Source: Catajapyx aquilonaris
Taxonomy: Eukaryota
Assembly: GCA_000934665.2 (NCBI GenBank)
Contig: KZ538170.1
Span: forward strand, 1-64,000
Direction of reading: 5' to 3'
Length of the DNA stretch: 64,000 bases
Part shown: positions 54,441 to 64,000 of the stretch, piece after piece
Numbering within the stretch: position 1 is the stretch's first letter
Layout: each line of letters begins with the position of its first letter
Position numbers and translations under genes: made by a program
Notes under the pieces: generated by a model
Databases searched by the model: none
Told to the model about the DNA's origin: nothing
What the model saw: the letters and a program-made list of their open reading frames with translations, nothing else

Positions 54441-55637
54441 AGGGGTGTGGAGGATAAACATGATAACTGACAAAGGAGTAATCTTTCAGGAGAGCGAATT
54501 TAAGTTAGCACTCTTGTCACAAATCAACATTATTACCTCAACTTGTAACACTGGGTTTTATTATATTGCCTGACTGTCTGTCTTGTCGTCCATAACTTTT
54601 GGAACACTCATTCCTGTAATTAATGGATATACAGGGTGTAACAAAAGATTCCGCCTCGATGACTCATGGATGATGTAATCGTAGATTTCAAAATCCATAT
54701 CTCACCAACGGCTCGTGTGAATAGCCATGTGCCTCATATATCATTCGAACCGCATTGAAAGGCCGCTCCCGCCAGATCCACTGCGCAGCTCCCATAGACT
54801 AGGCATAACAGCTACAACTATTTCTGTGGGGCTACTCGGGAATCATAAAAAAACGTTGCGGTGAAGTTTACGGGTTCAAAGAACGATTATATGAAAAATA
54901 TTCCTTAGAAGCCAATCTAATTAATTCCTAAATTCCCATAATTGTGCTAAGCTTCACACAATCTCTATCACTGCGCAAAGATCCTTTTCCAATATAGCCA
55001 CCTTGTAGACAGCGGAAGATGGCTTCATACGATAAAGTACGACAAAGCACTTGAGCGTGTGATTTTTGTGGTGAATTCTGCAGGGTTTGCTTGTGAATAT
55101 GCCGAAAACCGCATTCCTTTAGGATTGATAGATTCTTTGCAAAAAATAAAATAAAGTGAGTGTTCTTAAATCACGGACACGTCGGGCACTTGCAAGGAAT
55201 CTTCATGACAGACCACACATGCATTGCACACCTCTCATGATGACAAAAGCAGAGTGAGTGAGGATATGGACGGGAAACTGAGTCACACAGGGGGTTATGG
55301 GAGTATACAATATCAACATAAAAGATGACAGGTAACTTTAAAAAACTGAGAATTTCCCCTGTATAATATTGACTGGACCAGAAACCTTTGTTACACCCTG
55401 TATTAAAGGGAAGAATGCGAAGCGTATAAAAATAGGGGCAGTTATCGTGTTTTTCCGTTTGAGGAATTGCCTGAAAATATGGCATGTTGGTTATCATCCA
55501 GCCCATGTTGCCGTCTGGTGCATGATATGTGAACTTTGAGAATACCAAAATGTTTGTCTGGTCTTTTACATAGTTTCTAGGTGTTTAGTTCAAAAATGAC
55601 AAAAATGTCAGATATCATGTTTTCCCACCACACCCCT
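54441..55637. mobile_element. Non-autonomous DNA transposon, 32-bp imperfect TIRs, GACATG target-site duplication
   Basis: Left AGGGGTGTGGAGGATAAACATGATAACTGACA versus right reverse complement AGGGGTGTGGTGGGAAAACATGATATCTGACA (28/32 match); GACATG at 54435-54440 and 55638-55643; single GACATG empty site in the paralogous spacer at ~46701. Confidence 0.8.
54632..55400. mobile_element. Tc1/mariner-type non-autonomous element nested in the previous element
   Basis: TA-CAGGGTGTAACAAA ... TTTGTTACACCCTG-TA: 14-bp perfect TIR with TA duplication at 54630-54631 and 55401-55402. Confidence 0.8.
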
Positions 55638-56452
55638 GACATGTTGTCATTGTTATGAAATCGATTACCGGCTCTTAAAGATGCAGGAGGACGTCAAGCA
55701 TTGCCTTTGAGACAAGAGGGCCTTTACATAATATACGAGTACATGTCTCAATGTTCACAATAGAATAAGCACGACAATAAAATAATGACTTTTACTCGCT
55801 GTGACACACGTGCCACTCTGATGGTCAAGAAACACAAACATTATTCATGAATGGCAAGAATATTAAGGTAAGCAGGGGGTCATTCTTTGTGTGACTGAGA
55901 TGTGATGAATCTCTCCCGATGCTATGAGCGTCCATATACTTTCCCCGACCTATATCCTATTAAACAGGTCCGATTATCGAAAGATTGTGCGAAAACAGCC
56001 ATTATTTGAGCATGTCATTATATTACGATATTATGAACCACCACATAAAAAGGAAGAGGTTTATAATGTAGAGATTGTAGACGTATGTAAGACAAAGTAT
56101 GAAAGACCTTGTGTACAGTATTGAAACAATTAATTGCAATATGAACGGAATAGTAATAAGCATTATTTATTTTCTACACTAATCTTACATATTGTGCGAA
56201 AATATTCTACAGGTACATCACAGAGAGACGTTCGAGATAGAATATAATTTTAACGACATATTACCAAGTACAAGGTGCATTACGTTTTCCTGATACATTA
56301 ACCCAGACACCATGAGATAGCCATAAAAGTTGCTAAGTATTTATACTATCCACCTGTGCATGTCACTGTGTGATGATATTCTGTGAGACATGGTAAACAC
56401 TGTAATAAAATAGATGCTATGGTACTAACATGTGCACGTGAGTCTCACGCGC

Positions 56453-58399
56453 CTAATTTCTCCAATACGACATACATTCTGCAATAACCACTAAATTAGA
56501 CATCATCATTCCACAAGACCAAAGCATGAAACCAGCCAAAAGATCTTCCAATGAATAGGCACCTTCTAGAGACTCGATCACTTCTTCTCTCAGGTTATCT
56601 TTTCGAATTTCAGGCAACTTTGAAAAGTAATACACGTAGTTTTCTTCATATTGCCATTTGGAAAATATACCACTATCAAACAATGCCTTTACAGCAGATA
56701 TTACATGTGGAGCATACACCTCCCCTCGACCAAAACCTATTCCAGAGAAAGTGAAGAAATGTTCTTCTGGCAGGGTCATTATTTTGTTCTCTCCGTTGTT
56801 GTTGACAAATGTACTCATTTCTCTATTAGCAAAAGCACTAGTTGCCGTGCAAACAAAATTACTCTGCAGTACCTTTTCGACGCATTCATATCGTGAGTTC
56901 GTGTATATTGCTTTCTTGAAGATATCGTGATATTTCCTATCCTCTATTAAAGGCAAATAATAATTCAGAAGCATGTACTCCAACGGTGGCAGACCCACTT
57001 CAAAGTCGGAATCGATTATTTCCTGAATATCTTGAGGAATATATTCCTTATCAGGTGATGTAATAAAGGCAATAAGCTTGGTCTTGTAGGCACAGCTGAT
57101 GATAGAAGCAAAGAACCAAAAAAATGCAACACAAACTTCAAGCGATGTAAGAGGTGGCAATTTCATGGGTTGTTCTATGAGTATGCGAAAGTGAATGTTC
57201 AGAGAATGCAATAACACCATAATGCGTGAATTGGTTTGATAATATCTGCACAAAATGCAACATACGGTAATAGCAGAGAACAGGGTACTTAGCATAACAG
57301 CAACCCACATGATAAGTGTGAATGGATATATCAGAACTTTCCAGGAAATCCCAACAGACTTGGGGACGCGAGTCATTCCTATTACGCGCCAAAGATTTGT
57401 AGGATATGACAGTACCAAATGTTCCGTTGAATATTCCGAGGCAAGCACTTCCAAGGATACGTCAACCTTTCCCATAAGAATGTCATCTTCAATTACTCCT
57501 GTCCAGGATTCGTTCAAACTAAGTTCATATGACAAAGACGGGGGATCCTGAAGATACGTGTCCGCATTAGCGTTCAATACTTGTTTTATGGCGTTCATTT
57601 CTAACCCCAACGTCGATACAGGCCCTTCCCCAAACCTGACATTCTTCTTCGTATTCTCCGGCACAGACGCCCTGGTTCCAACAATCACTTTATGGCCATA
57701 AAGGTCTCTGCTGTAGTCTGGGTACAAATTGTAATTATACTGACTGTTCCGATGCACTTGTCCGAGTTTGACCACACTTGCTTCACCTGCATTGCAGAAG
57801 AAGCAGGCAGTGGACATGTCCAATGCGTTTTTATCTGGATCGTACTTGGCCATCAACTTGAACCGGATTCCAGACGCGGTTGTGGACAAGAGTGTTTCTT
57901 CGGGGTTGGAGTCAGGTGTCATCCAGAAGAGGAACCGGTCGTAGAGATTCCTCAGGTTGGCCACTGAGGCCAGGTGAACCATCAGGTTGGGAAGAGTCTC
58001 TTGAGACGAGGGGATCAGGATGTTGAAGGCGCAGTCAGATCCGGGCCAGAAGCTTGAACGGAGCTCAGGAGGCATTGTTGTGAAGGAAAACAACTCCTTC
58101 TGGCTCTTCAGGTTGGAGTAATTTTGGTATGAGAACGAGAACTTTTCCATGCGAGTGATGAGGACAGAACGGTAGTTGCCATTAGATTTCTTGATCTCAG
58201 TGAACTTGGCAACACCTCTCTTTGTGTCACTCGCTACCACCATGGAGCAGGAAGCATAAAGTTTTCCTCCTTGTAATTGAAAGAAATTCTCCATCAATCT
58301 CTCTTCATAATCTTGGAGAACACTTACTTGAACGTCACTGTTGGCAAATGCTGACATGATTGCACCAATAAGAATGAGTTGGACAGCGATTGCTGCCAT
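56453..58399 (-). CDS. G7: divergent ionotropic receptor, intronless, 648 aa from ATG; recent paralogue of G6
   Basis: First ATG at 58397-58399; near-identical to G6 over most of its length and downstream flank; IR motifs intact. Confidence 0.9.
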   Translation of the reverse strand: MAAIAVQLILIGAIMSAFANSDVQVSVLQDYEERLMENFFQLQGGKLYASCSMVVASDTKRGVAKFTEIKKSNGNYRSVLITRMEKFSFSYQNYSNLKSQKELFSFTTMPPELRSSFWPGSDCAFNILIPSSQETLPNLMVHLASVANLRNLYDRFLFWMTPDSNPEETLLSTTASGIRFKLMAKYDPDKNALDMSTACFFCNAGEASVVKLGQVHRNSQYNYNLYPDYSRDLYGHKVIVGTRASVPENTKKNVRFGEGPVSTLGLEMNAIKQVLNANADTYLQDPPSLSYELSLNESWTGVIEDDILMGKVDVSLEVLASEYSTEHLVLSYPTNLWRVIGMTRVPKSVGISWKVLIYPFTLIMWVAVMLSTLFSAITVCCILCRYYQTNSRIMVLLHSLNIHFRILIEQPMKLPPLTSLEVCVAFFWFFASIISCAYKTKLIAFITSPDKEYIPQDIQEIIDSDFEVGLPPLEYMLLNYYLPLIEDRKYHDIFKKAIYTNSRYECVEKVLQSNFVCTATSAFANREMSTFVNNNGENKIMTLPEEHFFTFSGIGFGRGEVYAPHVISAVKALFDSGIFSKWQYEENYVYYFSKLPEIRKDNLREEVIESLEGAYSLEDLLAGFMLWSCGMMMSNLVVIAECMSYWRN

Positions 58400-59168
58400 C
58401 ACAAAATTACGTTCTCAACCTTAGTTGAATGCTTGTCGACTGCTGTGTAGCGCAGTACTCGGCATTCAAAGGACAATTCTTGTGGTGGGGGTGGGAGGGT
58501 AGACATTTGGGATAAAAGATTCACCTTTTTAATCGACTACTACCGTTTACAAAAGGTGTTCGTGTAGCCTGTGCCGTTAAAAGCAGTATTGATATTTTCA
58601 CCGTGTTACATAACTGTTCAGATAGTGATGTTTGTAACAAAACTCGGTGCCATTCTTCTGTGCCCATTGTTATTCGAGTAATTAATTCGTAGAAGGTGAA
58701 TATCCACAGATAGCAGTATTGACAGAATAAATTGAACAATTGCTCATGGAATATTGAAAAGAGGCATAATTATTTAATCTTAATCGAAGCAGTGGAGAGG
58801 CATACATTGCATGGTAAGCCTACACATTGCACTGCAGTCCAAGTCAAATAGGGGGCTGGTTAATAACAATTGCTGAATAAATCTATTAAATAATGGAACA
58901 AATACATTTGAAAATTAATTAAATAAATAAATAATATTAATACTTAATCAATCTAAATAACGTACATAATACGTTATGGTTGACCTTTTGCCTTTACATA
59001 ATGAGTTATTGAATTTTTGGGTGGTATTAAGAAGCGATTTGATATGAGGGTGCATGTCCATCGTTTACGTTGGAACTTCATTACATTCACTCTGCTTATA
59101 AAGACACTACATGACTACAGGGACATTTGTTCAGAATATCCCGGCATGAATTAGTTTCTTTTCGCATT

Positions 59169-61109
59169 TTATTTTCTAATGCGGGTAATATTCTCTGCCA
59201 CACCTACTAATATAGAAAAAATCATCCCGACAATCCAAAGAATGAAAGCCGCCTTAAGATCCTCCAATGAATACGCGCCTTTCAGAGACTCGATTACTTC
59301 TTCTCTCAGAATATCTTTGCGAATGTCAGGTAACTTTCTAAAGTAATACACGTAGTCTTCTTCTTGTTGCCATTTCGGCAAAAGACCACTATCGAACAAT
59401 ACTTTTGCAGTAGCTATCACATGTGGAGAATACACCTCCCCTCGACCAAAACCTATTCCGGAGAAGGAGAAGAAATATTCTTCTGGCTGAGCCACTATTT
59501 TGCTCTCCCCATTATTTTTCACAAAGGTACTAATTTCTCTTTCCGTAAAAGAAGAAGTTACGCAAACAAAATTACTCTGAAGTACCTTTTCGAAGCATTC
59601 ATATCGTGAGTTCATGGCTATTGCTTTCTTGAAGAGAGAGTGATATTTCCGATCCTCTATTGAAGGCAAAGAAGTACACAGATGCATGAACTCCGTCAGT
59701 GGCATTCCCACTTCGAAGTCAGAATTGATTATTTCTTGAAAATCGGAAGGAATATATTCCTTATCAGGAGATGTGATGAAGGCAACAAGCTTGGTCTTAT
59801 AGGCACAGCTTATGATAGAAGTAAAGAACCAAAAAATTGCAATACAAAATCTTAGTGACAGAAGAGGTGGCAATTTCATGGGTTGTTCTATGAGTATGCG
59901 AAAGTGAATGTTCAGAGAATGGAGGATGAACATGAGAATACATGAATTGTTTTGATAATATCTGCACAAAATACAGCCAACGGTGATAGCAGAAAACATA
60001 GTACTTAGCATAACAGCAATCCACATGATGGGTGTGAATGGATAAATTATAACTTTCCATGATATCCCAACAGATCTGGGGACGCGATTCACTGCTAGTC
60101 CATGCCAAAGATTCCAAGGATATGAGAGTGCCATATGTTCCGTTGAATATTCCGAGGCAAGCACTGCGAAGGATATGTGAACATTTCCCATCAGAATGTC
60201 ATTTTCAATTCCTGTCCAGGATTCGTTCAAACCAACTTCATATGACAAAGATAGAGGATCTTGAAGATACGTGTCCGCATTAGCGTTCAATAATTGTCTC
60301 ACGGCGTTCATTGCTAACCCTACCCTTGTTACTGGTCCTTCTCCAAACCGGACATTCGTCTTCGCATTCTCCGGCACATACATCCTGCTGCCAACAATCA
60401 CTTTATGACCGTGGAGGTCTCTGCTGTAGTCCGGGTACAAATTGTAATTAAACTTACAATTCCAATGCACTCTTCCTAGATTGACCACCTTTGATTCGCC
60501 TTGGTTGCAGAAGAAGCAGGCAGTGGACAGGTCCATTGCATTTCGATCTGGGTCGTACCTGGCCATCAACTTGAACCGAATTCCAGACGCGGTTGTGGAC
60601 AAGAGTGTTTCTTCTGGGTTGGAGTCAGGTGTCATCCAGAAAAGAAACCGGTCGTAGAGATTCCTCAGGTTGGCCACTGAGGCCAGGTGGACCATAAGGT
60701 TGGGAAGAGTCTCTTGAGACGAGGGGATCAGGATGTTGAAGGCGCAGTCAGATCCGGGCCAGAAGCTTGAACGCAGCTCAGGAGGCATTGTTGTGAAGGA
60801 AAACAAATCCTTCTGGCTCTTCAGGTTGGGGTAATTTTGGTATGAGAACGTGAAGTTTTCCATGCGAGTGATGAGGACAGAACGATAGTTGCCATTAGCT
60901 CTCTTGATTTGAGTAAACTTGGCAATGCCTCTCTTTGTGTCACTTGCTACCACCATGGAGCAGGAAGAGAGTAGTTTTTCTGAGTTTTTTTGGATGAAAT
61001 TTTCCATCAATATCTCTTCATAATCCTGGAGAACACTTAGAACGTGAGTGTTGGCAAATGCTGACATGATTCCACCAATAAGAATCAATTGAAAAGCGAT
61101 TGTTTCCAT
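59169..61109 (-). CDS. G8: divergent ionotropic receptor, intronless, 646 aa from ATG
   Basis: First ATG at 61107-61109; RILIEQP, SCAYKTKLVAFIT, YSLEDLKAAFILW. Confidence 0.9.
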   Translation of the reverse strand: METIAFQLILIGGIMSAFANTHVLSVLQDYEEILMENFIQKNSEKLLSSCSMVVASDTKRGIAKFTQIKRANGNYRSVLITRMENFTFSYQNYPNLKSQKDLFSFTTMPPELRSSFWPGSDCAFNILIPSSQETLPNLMVHLASVANLRNLYDRFLFWMTPDSNPEETLLSTTASGIRFKLMARYDPDRNAMDLSTACFFCNQGESKVVNLGRVHWNCKFNYNLYPDYSRDLHGHKVIVGSRMYVPENAKTNVRFGEGPVTRVGLAMNAVRQLLNANADTYLQDPLSLSYEVGLNESWTGIENDILMGNVHISFAVLASEYSTEHMALSYPWNLWHGLAVNRVPRSVGISWKVIIYPFTPIMWIAVMLSTMFSAITVGCILCRYYQNNSCILMFILHSLNIHFRILIEQPMKLPPLLSLRFCIAIFWFFTSIISCAYKTKLVAFITSPDKEYIPSDFQEIINSDFEVGMPLTEFMHLCTSLPSIEDRKYHSLFKKAIAMNSRYECFEKVLQSNFVCVTSSFTEREISTFVKNNGESKIVAQPEEYFFSFSGIGFGRGEVYSPHVIATAKVLFDSGLLPKWQQEEDYVYYFRKLPDIRKDILREEVIESLKGAYSLEDLKAAFILWIVGMIFSILVGVAENITRIRK

Positions 61110-61340
61110 CACAAAACTGCGTACTCAACCTTGGTGGAATGCTTGTCGACTGATGTGTTGTTCAGTACTCGCAATTCAAGGGACAAAATATTTTTGTGGT
61201 GGGGTAAGGGAGAGCTGACATTTGAGTAATGATAATCTATTAATGGACTACTACCATTTACAAAAGGCGTACATGGTGACCTCTGTCTTTAAAAGCGGTA
61301 TTGATATTTTTATCGTGTTACGTAACTGTTCAGATAGTGA
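61110..61340 (-). promoter_or_regulatory. Putative 5'/promoter module shared by G5, G6, G7, G8 and the 62.6-kb pseudogene
   Basis: Conserved GTGGTGGGG...GACATTTG.GTAA...CTATTAAT block also at ~49826, 53347, 58483 and 63170; minus-strand TCAGTC (arthropod Inr consensus) at 61148-61153. Conservation may simply reflect recent duplication. Confidence 0.35.
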
Positions 61341-61819
61341 TGTTATAGCAAATGTGAAAAATATGACGCTTTCTCAACTCCCTTTCGAAGGGGAAATCAT
61401 TTAGTAAATCCGTTGTACACCGCCGCGTAAGTCCGACCTAAGTATAGTCCGACACTCTAAAAGTCCGTTGTACAGGCAGCACATGTACTGATTTTCCCGA
61501 ATTTCTGCTCGGGATAGTCCTACATTGCACGTTTGACATTGCATTGCAGTCCACGTGAAATGGGAGCTTTTTAATAATAAATTGCTGAAGAACTCTATTA
61601 ATTAATGGACCCTACAGAATATGACATTGTTGACCTTTGACATAATGAGTTATGGACTTTTTGGGTGAGACGTACATTAAGAAGTCGGTTTGACGTGAGT
61701 GTGAGCGCTCGCCATTTACTTTGGAGTTGCAAGACATTCACTCTACTTTTGAAGACACTACTACAAGTACACATTATTTTGCTCAAAATATGCCCGCAGG
61801 AATCAGTTTCTTTCCTCAT

Positions 61820-61950
61820 TTTATTTGATAAAAGCAGGAATATGCTCTGCCAGACCTTCTAGTACTATAGGAAATAATAATCATGCCGCCTGTCCAAAGA
61901 ATGAAAGCAGCCTTAAGATCAGTGAATACGCGCCTTCCAGAGACTCGATT
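61820..61950 (-). pseudogene. IR 3'-end relic (M4 region only)
   Basis: DLKAAFILWTGGMII plus a frameshifted ESLEGAYS-like segment; similar to the 3' ends of G8 and G9. Confidence 0.8.
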
Positions 61951-62615
61951 AATCATGAATTGCATGAAGAATACTGCAACACGTTTAGATGAAAGATTAA
62001 TGCAATTATTTTTTGCTATGTAATTTCTCAATTATAGGCACTTTTACTATTACGCTTATTCAGGCTTTTTCTTCCTTAATAAATTCAGTCACCTATTGAA
62101 AGTGGAGATTTTTTGTTGTGAATTTGAAATCTGAGATGAAAATCAAACTTGGTCAAATAAAACATGCCGTGTGTCGCAGAATTAGTTGAACAGTTTAAAC
62201 ATATTATGAACTACCACATAAAATAAAAGGAAAGAAGTTCAACCTTGACATTTGTAGGAGAAAGTATGAAACAATTTGTGTGCAGTATTGAAACAATAAC
62301 TACAACGTGGAATGAGTATTGATGCTGTTTGCATTTATTTCTCACAATATTACATTGTTTGCTAAAATATTCGACGTATTGATCAGTGATCACAGAGAGA
62401 CGTTAGAATGCAGTTCATATTTCTGAATCTTTAGCTCAGAAACCATGGGATGGAGAACATAAGTCTCAAAATATTTATATTCACTTCTGCATGTCACTGT
62501 GTTATATTATTCAGTGATTCATGGTACTCTGTAAGTGTAAGAATTAGGCACTATGGTACTTTCTCAGTAACAAGTGGACTGTACTTGAATTTATTTCTCA
62601 AGAATACTAATAGGG

Positions 62616-63113
62616 CTACTTGATCGGATACGACATACATTCTGCAAGACCCACAAACAAAGAGATTGTTATTCCCACAGACCAAAGCATAAAGGCGGTC
62701 TTAAGATCCTCCAATGAATACGCGCCTTCCAGAGACTCGATTATTTCTTCTCTCAAATTATTTTTTTCGGATTTCAGACAACATCGCAATGTAAAACACG
62801 TAGTCTTCTTCTTGTTGCCATTTGTCCAATAGACCACTATCAGCAAATACTTGTGCAGTTGCTTATCACATGGGGTAGTGTACGTACCCTTCACCTCGAC
62901 CAAAACCTATTCCAGAGAAAGTGAAGAAATATTATTTCGGCTGAATCATCATTTTGCTCTCTCCATTGTTGTTGACATAGGTACTCATCAGGCAAATACA
63001 TTCTGGTCCCAACAATCACCAGGTGACCATGAAGGTCTCTGCTGTAGTCTTGGTACAAATATTGTAATTAGACTCACTATTCCGATGCACTTGCCCGAGA
63101 CTGACCACACCTG
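62616..63113 (-). pseudogene. Heavily deleted IR pseudogene
   Basis: Retains the 3' end (LREEIIESLEGAYSLEDLKTAFMLW) with indels, joined at ~62990 to a short pre-S1 piece (YNLY/DYSRDLHG-like), which joins 5'-flank sequence at ~63113. Confidence 0.88.
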
Positions 63114-63753
63114 ATAGGTCGATTGTTGTGTTGCGCAGTATACTTGATATTAAAATTTAATTTTTATGCGGGAGGTGGGAGGCTTGACATTTGTGTAAAA
63201 AGTAATCTATTAATGGTCTCCCTTTTACAAAAGGCGTTCATGTTCACCTGTGGCTTTTAAAGGAGTATTGAATGTATAGTATTACATAAGTGTTCAAATA
63301 GTGCTATTATACAAAACGCGCAAAATTGTGCTTTCTCGATTATTCTTCGAGAAATATTAAATATTTCAACAGTCTTACTAAAACCTGAATATCCACAGCT
63401 AGCAGTATTGACATGATCCATTGAATAGCTATTCATGCCATTGAAAAGCTAGCGACATATTCAATCATTATTGAATCAAGGAAGAGGATTACATATAGCA
63501 CGGTACACATTGCACTGCAGTCCAAGTAAAATAGAGAGGAATCTATTAACTAATGAACACTGTGCAGAATACGTCATGGTTGACCTTTGCCTCTATATGA
63601 GTTATTGACTTTATAACGACGTTCATTCACACTCACTAGATGTGAATGGGAATTCCCGTCGTTTACTTTCGAGTTGCAATACATTCACTCTACTTAAAAA
63701 GACGCTAGTACAAGTAAGGTATATTTGCTCCGAATATGAATGCAGGAATCAGT

Positions 63754-64000
63754 TCATTTCCTCATTTCATTTGATAAGATCAGGATATACTCCACCAGAC
63801 CTACTGACATAGAAGTAACCACACCGACAATCCAAAGAATGAAAGCAGCCTTAAGATCCTCCAATGAATACGCGCCTTTCAGAGACTCCATTACTTCTTC
63901 TCTCAGAACATCTTTGCGAATGTCAGGCAACTTTGCAAAGAAATACACGTAGTCTTCTTCTTGTTGCCATTTTGGCAACAGACCACTTTCAACCAACAAT
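63754..64000 (-). CDS. G9: 3' end of a further IR paralogue (continues beyond window)
   Basis: LVESGLLPKWQQEEDYVYFFAKLPDIRKDVLREEVMESLKGAYSLEDLKAAFILW is open to the window edge; intactness of the rest is unknown. Confidence 0.75.
   Translation of the reverse strand, partial: LLVESGLLPKWQQEEDYVYFFAKLPDIRKDVLREEVMESLKGAYSLEDLKAAFILWIVGVVTSMSVGLVEYILILSNEMRK

Noticed and set aside
36509..61109. Assigning gene symbols (Ir25a, Ir8a, Ir93a, GluR) or a 7TM receptor identity
   Set aside because: Proteins are too short for co-receptor IRs or iGluRs with a full amino-terminal domain, show three TM segments plus a pore loop rather than 7TM, and orthology cannot be established by eye.
36498..63952. 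Recurrent short + strand and off-frame ORFs repeated across the array (e.g. MNRHL..., MARNRNDS...)
   Set aside because: Shadows of the duplicated IR coding sequence; their recurrence follows from nucleotide similarity.

Overview
Eukaryotic, AT-rich genomic DNA, most likely from an arthropod (inferred from gene family and repeat types; species not determinable). No prokaryotic features, rRNA, tRNA or CRISPR seen. Bases 1-~36,000 are essentially non-coding: microsatellites, minisatellites, MITE and mariner relics, a dispersed short repeat family, and a candidate recursive splice site (AG|GTGAGT) at 28,661. Bases ~36,500-64,000 hold a tandem, minus-strand, intronless array of divergent ionotropic receptor (IR, variant iGluR) chemoreceptor-like genes. 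There are 7 intact ORFs of 634-664 aa, one full-length copy with a premature stop and a frameshift, four truncated relics, and one copy running off the window edge. Labels used: G1-G9 in coordinate order. The array appears to have grown by duplication of a two-gene cassette. It shows a ~350-nt N-terminal block that is nearly identical between otherwise diverged paralogues, patchwork mosaicism between paralogues, an apparent chimeric gene (G8), and nested transposon insertions that can be dated relative to the duplications.
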